Shown piece by piece: positions 39,501-49,748 of a stretch of DNA of 64,000 nucleotides. The stretch's first letter is position 1, and every line of letters starts with the position of its first letter. The stretch is from Amphiscolops sp. MND2022. Taxonomy: Eukaryota. The stretch lies in contig OZ076409.1 in assembly GCA_964187785.1 (NCBI GenBank), positions 94,986,001-95,050,000 on the forward strand, read 5' to 3'. A program made the translations under genes and the position numbers. The notes beneath the pieces were generated by a model, which was given only the letters and a program-made list of their open reading frames with translations, was not told the origin of the DNA and searched no databases.

Positions 39501-39815
39501 ATGAACTTTCACCTTAATAACGAATGTATTGAAGAAGTCAATTTCAACTGTCCGTTTAAAAAAACTACTCCAGCAGGCATCACTGAAAACTTCAATATCA
39601 TCAACCTCAATTGGTCCTTTATCAAACCCAGTTTCATTTTGATAACAATACACCCTGTAAATAATAAAAGCAAAGTCTCCACTCTAGAAATCGCTAGTAA
39701 TAGATTTCTCCGAGATCAACTATCTGAGGCTTTGGATAATTACGCTGAAGAACCAGAATCACACATCACCCAACTCCATATCCTTGGAGAGTTAGCCGAC
39801 ACAACAGCAGCATAA
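39501..39815 (+). CDS. Accessory ORF B2 (104 aa), paralog of B1
   Basis: Intact ORF starting 2 nt after the B1 stop; clear protein-level similarity to B1. Confidence 0.7.
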   Translation: MNFHLNNECIEEVNFNCPFKKTTPAGITENFNIINLNWSFIKPSFILITIHPVNNKSKVSTLEIASNRFLRDQLSEALDNYAEEPESHITQLHILGELADTTAA

Positions 39816-39944
39816 AGAAAATCAAACGAGCTTCAGTCTACGAGAGGAAATCATTAGACAAATTTGGATCAGACGCATTCTCCCACAACCACCTGGAAAT
39901 CAACCTACTCAAAATTCAACCCGAAAACGACAATAAACCACCAA

Positions 39945-40343
39945 ATGTTCATCCACAATCTCTGGGAAGAAAACGAGATTGAGACAGTTTCACTTTATCT
40001 ACCTGTATCAATTTTTATTCTACTCGACCCCATCGAAAGCCCTGAAGTATTTATAGTAAACCAACTACAGTGTTCATACCAACACCAATTCTGGCTAACA
40101 GTCAAAGGACATAAACTATTAGACCCTCTGACGAAAGTCTTTATTAAAGTAAAAGAAGAAACTAAATTCTTCGCCGAACTAGTCATTGCCATCTCACTCC
40201 ACATAGACAATTCAGCATCAGAAATACAAACTTTCGATCTACCCCTTTTGGACGAACTATCCTGCTTTATGGAATCCGGACTTGGCTCCTTTGAAGAGTT
40301 TTACAAGTCAAATCTAGAAGGAATCCTCAGCATGCCGAATTAA
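39945..40343 (+). CDS. Accessory ORF B3 (132 aa from the ATG at 39945), distant paralog of B1 and B2
   Basis: EENEIETVSLYLP..EVFIVNQLQCS..FWLTVKGH..LPLLDELS follows the B1/B2 residue pattern. Confidence 0.6.
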   Translation: MFIHNLWEENEIETVSLYLPVSIFILLDPIESPEVFIVNQLQCSYQHQFWLTVKGHKLLDPLTKVFIKVKEETKFFAELVIAISLHIDNSASEIQTFDLPLLDELSCFMESGLGSFEEFYKSNLEGILSMPN

Positions 40344-40437
40344 TTTACATCTGTTCATCTTTTCATTTTATCTTTTCATTTTAATACTGTGTACTGTGAT
40401 TAATTAAACCTTTCATTCAACTTCTTCTTTTAGGTGC

Positions 40438-41163
40438 AAGACACGGTAAAGATCTCAGCATCAAACTCTGCCGTGTATAAATAACTCCCTGCTCTTTTTC
40501 TTTTTAATCTAAATTAGATCAGTTTTCATCAGCAGGAAGGCACGGGTTTTGGACGTGCGTATTCAATTTTATCCTTGCAAGAAGACACGGTAACGATCTC
40601 AGTATCAATCACTGCCGTGTATAAATAACTCCGTTGCATAGTTCAACGAAGATACGGTGTATAGACGTATATTACAATTTTTGTCACAAAGTTTGACAAA
40701 GACACGGTAAAGATCAAACGACGGTTTGCATCAAACTCTGCCGTGTATAAAAACCTCCCTACCCCTTTTCTTTTTCATTGATCTAAACTGGCCATTTAGA
40801 TCACTTTTTCTTTTGGTAAGAAGACACGGGTTTTAGATGTGTAACCTTGCCTTTACTTAATTTTTTAACGCGCTCTTTCTCAGGCAAGAAGAGACAGTAA
40901 CCATCTTAGTATCAATCTCTGCCGTCTATAAATAACTCCCTGCTCCTATTTTCTTTTTTTTCTCGATCTCAAAAAAATCACTTTTATTTAGCAGAAAGAC
41001 ACGGTTTTTAGACGTGTGTTACATTACCTTGCAAGAAGAAACGGTGAAGACCTAAGTGTCAAACTCTGCCGTCTATAAATAACTCCTCGCTACTACTCAC
41101 TTTTGTCTGTTTCAAACAAAACAATTTTCTTAAGCGGGAAGACACGGTATTTAGACGTGTATT
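40438..41163 (+). repeat. Array of five paired long+short hairpin motifs upstream of env
   Basis: Long ACACGGTA..TGCCGTGTATAAATAACTCC units at ~40441, 40585, 40702, 40892 and 41038. Short ACACGG..GACGTGT units at ~40540, 40652, 40824, 40999 and 41142. Confidence 0.85.
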
Positions 41164-41443
41164 CACAAGAGCCTTTCACAAAAAGGACTATCATCCACTT
41201 GCTTTTGACTAAATTGTCAATTTTCAGCCGAATTCATTCTTGCTCTCTTTTCAGTTCAATTTGAACAAATCATCTGTATTGCCAAGTGCTACAGATTTCT
41301 CGCTGCTCTATTAAAAGCAAAACCGCCCTCCTCACTGCTTATTCGAAAGCAAAATACTCTCTTCATTTCAATGTTAGCAAGTCTACCTTTCTATTCCTAA
41401 TCCTTTTATAGTATTTTCAGAGTACCGTTTTCATTAGTAGATA

Positions 41444-43564
41444 ATGGATAGTGAAAAGATATACTGTAAATATTTTGTTATTTTCATTTTGATGCTTTCA
41501 ATAAATCTCATCTACGCCGACAAGAAGCAGCCCATACTGGATGATATCGCACCTACAGTCACAGTCTCACATTACGATTGCAGTGAAATGTCAGAAAACA
41601 ATCTCTACTCCCTCAACCAAGTCGACCCTTGCAACGTGGCTCCTGAGATGAGAAAGTCAGGATGTACACAAAACATTTTCGAACAGAGATTAACGCTACC
41701 ATGTGCAGCGTCAAACATCAAAGAAACAGATTCTATCGTGGAATGCATGACCATTCCAGTATCGATATCAAACAAAAAACTATTACCTCCAATCTCGACT
41801 TATCGCCTGCACAATGCAGACTTGCAGCTGAAAGATCACCAATAACTCTATTAAATCATCAAATTACAATGAAGAAAGGGATTATTGAACAACATCTTAG
41901 ATGGAATGGCGATGCAGACGACACATTCAAAAATGAATGCGATGGTTTTGAATGGATTAAAAAAGACACTTTTGAAATTCACATCCAGGACATTACTCTG
42001 AACGTCAAACTCAGAGACGGAACTATAATGAATAGAAATGGACAACCTCTACCCTGCAAACTAGATGAACTAGGATGTGACAGCACTTCACTTGACCCAT
42101 ATGCTTATGTATGGGATAATCCCGATAATTGTAATCTCACCGTACTGAAGGAGGAGTACGTAAATATGATCAAAAATGACGAACAATACTATATTGTTAG
42201 CAAGAACGATTCAGAAAACAAATACATCTTTGAAATTAAAAACAGACCACAAAAGCTTTGTAATAAACCATCAGATGTATATCCTACAACCTATGAATCG
42301 TTGTTTGTTGCCATCCTTTATGGTGGATTTGACATGAAAACTGGACGAAATATGATTCAACAAGAAGACAGAGTTCACAAGATGCTCTATTTCCCTAAAA
42401 ATCAATTAAGAGATGAACCAGGCCATAGTAAACTCTGGGTTGCTAGTAACTATCAATCAGACCCAGATTATGGAACATGGTTGAACATGGACTACGAATT
42501 CCAACAGGGAACTAAACTGGACTATCTTTTCTTTGAGAGCTCCAGAGCACTCAAAGCCTCAGAACTTCACCTCCTAAAAAATCAGTGTGAACAAGAACGA
42601 TCGCACATACTCACTATTCTAATGCTTTCACTTGAAAGCTCAAGACTAGCTGGATATATGTTAACTGGAAACAGATCAATGTTCTTAGAAACTGATGGAA
42701 GCCTTGCATGGCTTTACTCTTGTCCTCTAGTCAGATCACCTCTTCATACGATGAACGAGTGCTACGATAAAATACCCATCTTTTACAAAGGACAAATCAA
42801 ATTTGTAGATCCCATCACAAGGCAAACTTTACCTGATGCAATGCCTCAGAACTGTTCGGATCACATAAAGAACCTTTTTCAAATGGACATGGACGATAAG
42901 AACTCTTGGTTCTCACTAACACCACAGATCACACATAGAGATAGACCTGCTATCTTTTCACCAAAAGATGTAGCTCCATTCACAAGGGATCAGTTTCCTC
43001 AATCAATCAACGCTGGAGTGTACACGAAAGGCCAGCTAACTGAATTTTGGGACAACATACTCATGAGTTCTGCATCAAAGAATGCTTTACAGAAATTCAC
43101 AAGAAAGCTCATTGTTCCTTCACAATCAAAGAAAGGACCTGAAGGATATACATATTACGCACCCAAAATGGATTTCTTTGTTGATAACATGATATCTCCT
43201 GGTTACTTTGAAAGCAAATTGAGACAAACATTTGGCACAATTGGATATTGGCTAGAAAAAAGTGGTATTTGGTTTGCAGTTTTCCTTTTTATAAAAACTA
43301 TTTATTGATGTGACAGTAACTATTGTCAGAGCCTTTGAAATACACCGACTTACCGGAGCATCTGTTGGATTTGGTAAAATTCTATTATCTGCAACTTACA
43401 ATCTTTTTATGGTTTCAATCTTCCATTCAATGTTCAATCCTACTACAAAAGATATCCCAATGACAACATTCAGTACCGACAATCAAGATGCTTCTGAACA
43501 CATCTACCCCGTCATAAATCGTCTGCCAACAACTAATCGTTTAGACACAATATCACCAATTTAA
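41444..43564 (+). pseudogene. env: Envelope: chuvirus/Monjiviricetes-type (class III-like) fusion glycoprotein, ~700 aa, two frameshifts (~41650, ~43300)
   Basis: Signal peptide (YFVIFILMLSINLIYA). HYDC..YSLNQVDPC; CSVKHQRNRFY(R)GMHDHSSI; AQC; PCKLDELGC..YVWDNPDNC. C-terminal TM GIWFAVFLFIKTI. The Cys spacing resembles chuviral glycoproteins. Confidence 0.8.
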
Positions 43565-43590
43565 CTTTTGTATTCTATTTTTAGCAAAGA

Positions 43591-45031
43591 ATGACTGACC
43601 ACACCTCTCTTTCATCAGATCTGGAACTTCTTCTTTCAAAAGACACTCTTACAGAGAAGGACATACTCGATTTTCCTATGTTTGACATCACTTCATGTGA
43701 ATCTCCTATTCCTCAACTACCACTTGATCAAACAATCTTAGACGCCACTGTTACCACTCCGAATAACCCTAATACATTTGTCTTTAACAGTAGTATTTAA
43801 AAAAAAAGAAAACATAATACTCACTGAAACAAGCTTTAGAAAAACAAAAAAGAAGCGAAGCTGCTCAAAAATACTCGATAACCAGAAATCCCAGATTTCA
43901 TTGCAATCTCAACTATACTCTCAAAGAAGAAGTCAACAAGTGGAGAATTATTTTCTCGGACTCAAAAAGACAAGAATTTACTATTGAAAATATTACTCTT
44001 AAACATCAGAGATTATCAGTACCCCTAGGGGCTATCTCTGCTTTCATCTAAAAATGAAAAAACAAATATTAGAAGAATTCAATCTTAGATTAGCTGCTGT
44101 AGAAAATGAGATAACAACATTACAAAATCAAATAACAAACATCAGCCAACCTACATGCACCGACAGCGACCTTGCCTAGATGAAGATGCTCATTAGCAAG
44201 TTCCCACTCAGCAACCTTAAACATGCTCAATACCTACACGCAACACAATTGCAAGTTGCAAACCTCTTCGAACAACTTGAGCATGAAAAGAACCTACGAA
44301 GACAACAGGACAGAACCATTCAATAACTCCAAATTGTCGTCGGAAACCTTCAAAAGAAGATAATAACACCTACTGTTGAACAACCTGTAACTACTCCGCT
44401 TCCTACCCCTTCTTCGACCGAGCCCGAATCAACAGATACACAATGACGACTTGCTGAAACAAAACCCCTCAAACGCCTAACGATGGATCTCTGTGATTGT
44501 ATTCACAGCATTGATTGCGGAAGAGACAAAAAACTAATCTGGAAATTAGCTCCTTCAGCCTTATGTTTGATAACGCAAAGGTTGCTGAGCTAGAAAGGCA
44601 AAAAGGCGTCGACCCGCACCCCAAAATACCTTGTACTTTTCACAGCCCTCCATTCAACACATCAACTCATGGGTATCGCTTTGATATGAAACTCTACCCT
44701 TATGGATGCTCTCCTGTTACTGGAGAGAGCGCTTCACTAGCTATCAACATCCTTCCTGGCGAGTTCGACCCAATTCTCTCCTGGCCTTTCAAATTAATCT
44801 TCCGAATTAATGTAATCAATTTGAGTGAGCCTATTGATACCTGGACAAAAATAGTAGACCCCAAAAGAAAACCAAAACTCAGCCTGTTCTCTACGACCTT
44901 GTACAAGCTATGGGAACCCGAGCATATGCTTCCCCTTCTTGATCCCACACAGCCAACTCTTCAAAAGCAACTCCCCATTCATTCTGAATGACACTATGTT
45001 CATCGAAGTCAACCTAGAAGAATCAACATGA
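43591..45031 (+). pseudogene. TRAF-like gene (coiled coil + MATH/TRAF-C domain) inside the retroelement, disrupted
   Basis: FHSPPFNTSTHGYRFDMKLYPYG..ASLAINILPGEFDPILSWPFK, and after a frameshift RPCTSYGNPSICFPFLIPH..FILNDTMFIEV. This matches TRAF-C (SPPFYT..GYK..LYLNG..GEYDALLPWPF..RP..DDTIFIKV). Heptad stretches at 44050-44360. Confidence 0.8.
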
Positions 45032-45089
45032 ATGCCAACAACCTGTGTACCCCCGTTACAATTTCTTCAATCTTGAAACCCGGGTGAGA

Positions 45090-47109
45090 TGTTGTGTGCG
45101 ACTTATGGCGAATAAAAAGAAACTTACTACGATAACTCAAAAAGAAATAAACTCAAAACTTGTAACATGTAGTTTTATCTTTTGTAACTTGCGCAGTTTT
45201 ATCTTTGTTATTTTCTCACTCAGCTCTGAATTCTGAACACGTTCGAACGTGTTCACTCCCTTTGTCCAGCGACGCTGGACACATCCCATATTTGGTCATG
45301 ACGTCAAATGACATCATTTTCTCGTGGACGCTTCGCCCACGAAATACACATACAAAATGATCTCGTTTGTCAGATCATATGACTTGACGTCATATGACGT
45401 CATGCTCGTCAGCCAATCACAATAGTGATTCAATTTTATTGGTTGACGAAGCGGTCAAATTTAGTATAAAAGCAGACCAAATTTTCACCTCTCAGAGCTC
45501 TTCCTTTGGCAAAATACTAAATTGATAAATCACTCATCTTCAACTCTACAATCTTCATTCACGAGTTCAATCCCCATCTTCAGCGCGGCGCAACATTTGT
45601 TAGTTACGCTTTTTCAATTTTCTTTCTGGAGCTGTCATTTTTCTAAGATATTTTCTTAACTTTAACTTTAACTCATTTTAGTCTTTGTGCTTTTTGTCTA
45701 AGTTTTCAATCTTTTTCTTTTGTCAATAGTTCTTAAAGTTTTACAAGTTTTGGCTCAGTCTTGTCCTAGACGATTTTCAACGCTGCTTCAAGTGAAGCAA
45801 TTTTAACTTAAATTTTTGTCAAGCCTGCTTTCTCGTTAAAGCAAATTTGTCTTAGACGATTTTCAACGCTGCTTCAAGTGAAGCAATTTTACCTTAAACT
45901 TTTGTCAAACCTGTTTTCTAGTTAAAGCAAATTTGTCTTAGACTATTTCCAACCTGCTTTCAAGTAAAGCATTTTTATCTTAAAATATTTCCGAGCCAAA
46001 ACAAGTTAAGTCTTAAGCTTTTAAACTCTGCTCTAATATTGAAGCAATTTAAATCTTTAACTATTTTCAAATCTGCCTTCAAGTAAAGGCAAGCTAAGTC
46101 TTAGTCTTATAATATTTTCAATCTAAAACAAAACAAAAATTTGCTTTCATCGTTAAAGCAAATCTTCTCTTACGTTGGAGTTTCAATTGACTTTTGACTT
46201 CGAACAGAAGCTATCATACCGTCTTTGTTTAACAAAGATTGAATAGTTTCTGCTTTATAGTAAACTCTAAACCAAAGTCTGGTAGATATACTGACTCTAA
46301 ACCAAGAACCACAGCTTCAGCTGGGTTATAGGAGACTTGAATAACTTAGTTTTTGTTTGACTCTTCAAGTCAAACTGTTCTCAATTTGAGACAAAGAGTA
46401 GCCGTATAGCACTCTATAAAACCAGTACAACAATCTGTTGTTCTTTAATCAAGAGAAGCAAGTAGCTCTCTTTTCAGTCCGTGACAATCAGTGGACTATA
46501 AACACCTTGCAAGCTATCGCTGCATCTTATAAAGAGGCTTCACCTCTTGATCTGGTAAAACATACAAACAACTTAATAACTAATTCTTTTTCCAACAACT
46601 TATCTCTTATTATTTAAAGATAGATTTCAAGTTTGATTTAATCATATTCTTTTTGTTCATGCTTATTTGTGCACTTTGCTTTTGTATGAGTGACATTCAT
46701 TACAACTTTAATATAGATAAAGAAAGGTTCAATTTACATATTCATAGACCAAAATACACTTTTCTCCCGGGTCGCAGAAATAAAGTCCTTCCATCCGAAC
46801 TCACACCTGAGACAACCTTTGCTGAAGTGTAGGAAGGCGCAGTTGCGAAAATTTTAAGTACGAGACTACGTTTAGATTTGGAATTAGAAATTAGACGAGA
46901 AGTGAACTAAGAGTTCACAAATTAGACTATAATTGAGACTTATAATTATTCTTGATCGAACTCACATAATTACTTCAGAAAGTAAATCGAAAGTGAATTG
47001 AGAATTATATTTCTTTTCTTGATTAAACTCGTACATAAAAACCACCAGCGCAAAGCGCATGCATCAAAAGTCTGAATAAGAAAAACTATTTTCAACCAAA
47101 CACTTCACA
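45090..47109 (+). repeat. 3' LTR (~2.02 kb; carries an extra ~100 bp including one more copy of an internal repeat near 45720-45900)
   Basis: Starts TGTTG, ends TTCACA, followed by TSD AGGG. Confidence 0.95.
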
Positions 47110-47548
47110 AGGGCGTTAGATCCTATTCAGGATTTCTGGTTTTTCATTGTAAATTTCCACTTTCGAATTCATTTCACCTCTCTAACATGAATAAAATTAC
47201 TGCGATTCTTTTTTTTCAATTTCATTCCAATAGTTATCACTTCACCCAAAAAGTTCAAGCCATGTTTGTCTAAAGAAAAGTTGTAAAGGTATTGTATTTT
47301 TCACTGCCGTAAATCAATGCACTTCAATCTGAATAAATCCCAATTCTACATTCTTGTGAACGAAGTTTCCCAAGTTCTGTTTTCTAAGCCTATTTTTGTT
47401 CATGTTACTCTGATTAACTTTTTCATACTCCAGAGAATTTTTGATCACAATACCGGTTTGAAAAAACTTTCGTTGAACTAGAAAGAAACAAATCACTTGG
47501 TCCTCAGGACAAACCAAGCCCCTTTAATTATTGGCCTAGCAGTCATGT

Positions 47549-47943
47549 AACAAGCCGGGACCGGCCCATGTCGGCGCCATGTCTAAGGCTCAAAAATCGC
47601 AAAAGGACTTCAAAATGTCAAAGTATTCTCTTCTACGGCACCCAATTTTCTTGCAAGTCTCACAATGCCGAAAAAAAATTGAAGGGGACCCTTTGAGATT
47701 TTTTTTCCGAAAAAAAGTCGAAATGCCGAAAAAAACTGAAAGGGGTCTTGTCCGGTATTGTATGTTACGCGGGAAACCTTTTTGGTTCAGTTCCTTGGGC
47801 CAACAGGTACAATTTGGCGTCTTCATAAAGTTTTGTAGAACTTTTGGTAGAACTATTTTGGTCACTTCAGGTGTATCGAAAAAAAACAGACGAAAAGCTA
47901 TGACTATAGTCCTCTTTTGTTAAGAAAAGCGCCGACTAAAAAA
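47549..47943 (-). mobile_element. HINE/DINE-1-like element, family B
   Basis: Terminus AACAAGCCGGGACCGGC (hairpin) plus subTIR GTCGGCGC; other end GCGCCGACTAAAAA. Confidence 0.75.
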
Positions 47944-49639
47944 TGAGCTTATTCTAGCGGATATAGCTTCACTCCAGTTTTTGTACTGTTCGGCTACCTT
48001 GACTGTCATCGTGAGCTACAGTTATGTAATCCGTGATTTGGAAATCTCACTTTCTTTGAAATCACATCCACGACGTAGCGAAGAAACGCATAGTCCGAAG
48101 GCGTGGCTACCCACGACACCTGCTATTCAAAAATATCGCCTTCGTCTCTTCTGCATTTTGTTCATAATGACATGCAGGACTTCCCATTGAACTGGAACTA
48201 GCTTTTCGTACAAGAGTTCCATGATGAAATGATTTCACAACTTGTTATTCATTTCTTCTTTTTTCAGTAATTTAGCTTTCCGATGTTTCCTTTGATAGTA
48301 AAAATATCAACAATTGAAACAATTTTTTTAATTACAACAATTTCGAACCCTGTTAACACATTTGAGGCTCTCACGCTGACATTATAATGCTGACATAATC
48401 GGTTCCTTCGACCACAAAGTTAGCTGCTTCTGTTAGTAAGGAAAAAGAAGATAAGCTCAAATTTATTTATATTTTCTGAATAGAAATAGAATTTCCACAA
48501 TAAAAGTCATGACAGCAAACGCGTGTCTTCTTTCTACTTCGTCAAAACAAGGCCTTTGGTTGCAAAAATTGAAAAATAAACTGCATTGGCGGCAATCACG
48601 GGTAATGTTCGTTATTACTCCTTAGGGGGGGGGGGGTTCGTTTTTGAAATGAATACAAAATCTATTATTTCTATATTAAGAGAGAAGAAACAAGATGAGC
48701 TGAGATGACGTCGAAATTGATATAAATCAAGATGAATTTATGATAAACATCCACACAAAACTCAACAAACTCAAAGGGAATAAAAAGAAAAAAATTTAAT
48801 TAACCACTCAAACAGTGTCTAAAATCTATCATCCATACAGCGCCAAAATCTGATTCGAATTAGATTAGGGGAAGTTTGTTGAAGAAACGTTAACTGAACG
48901 TGATATGAAAAGCTGAAACTTCCATAAATTCTTTACATCAATTGCAATCGAGTTCTATGGAAAGGAATTCAGTGTTTTTTTCTAGTCTTGAAATCTAGTC
49001 ATTTTTGGAGGCCTTCTTTCAAAATCATGTAGAAGACATGTGATTGTAAGTTTGCCGATTTCTTTGATCAAACCAGACTTTGTTAGGATGAATGCAAATA
49101 AAGAATTGAATCAAGTTTATATGGAGGTGCTTTAGGGAATCGGGATACTAACAAGAAGACTAATCAATGGATTGAAGTCGTCGGCATTTTAGCAGTAAAC
49201 TATGGAGGCGTTGAGCAAGAAGAAATACAAGAAATTACTGAAATAAAAAAGCTCTGCGAGCGTATAGACATTTGAGAGACATGGCTTGTGTTTATTTAAT
49301 ATGCAGAATATTGTTGTAGACAGACAAGAGGGTTATTTGCGATTTTTATTGAAAATTAATACTGCACCAAAGTTGGAAGATATTAATTGAATTCATCAAA
49401 GATAAGCTCAAGCAATTTGTCGTTTTTTTTCCTTTTTTCCTTCCATCGCCGCAACAGTTAGTCAACATTGGTCACCCACCTTTCTTCGCAGCAAAATGTG
49501 TTGACATCATTCGAAGGTGAACAACATTCGAGTTCTTAAATGACGTCACTACAAAGGTCGATGTTCGAAAAGAGCGTGAGGTGATTGGTTGGAAGAAAAG
49601 AGGTATTTGGCGCGGCGGCGGCGTTGGTTGGTGGTGTGA

Positions 49640-49748
49640 TCAAGCGAAGTACATAACTTTCTGTGTCTCCTGATGCACAGTGACACACTTGGACATGGAG
49701 ATCAAGCTCTGTTCCTCTCCATGCGTGGAAGAGTGGCTCCCGTTGCCA
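49640..49748 (-). CDS. AGO: Argonaute last coding exon
   Basis: [24 protein letters not shown]; acceptor ttttcag, phase matches the previous exon. Confidence 0.93.

Larger units (their letters stand above)
27489..47109 (+). mobile_element. Full-length ~19.6-kb env-bearing Ty3/Gypsy LTR retrotransposon (endogenous retrovirus-like); coding regions disrupted
   Basis: Two homologous TG...CA LTRs. 4-bp TSD AGGG (27485-27488 and 47110-47113). PBS, gag, PR-RT-RH-IN order and env. Confidence 0.96.

Noticed and set aside
40438..41163. CRISPR-like repeat-spacer appearance of the hairpin array
   Set aside because: Repeats are degenerate and of two alternating types, spacer lengths vary, the context is a eukaryotic retroelement, and no cas genes are present.
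40438..41163. Hammerhead ribozyme in the array
   Set aside because: No CUGANGA...GAAA core on either strand within the units. Other ribozyme classes cannot be excluded by eye.
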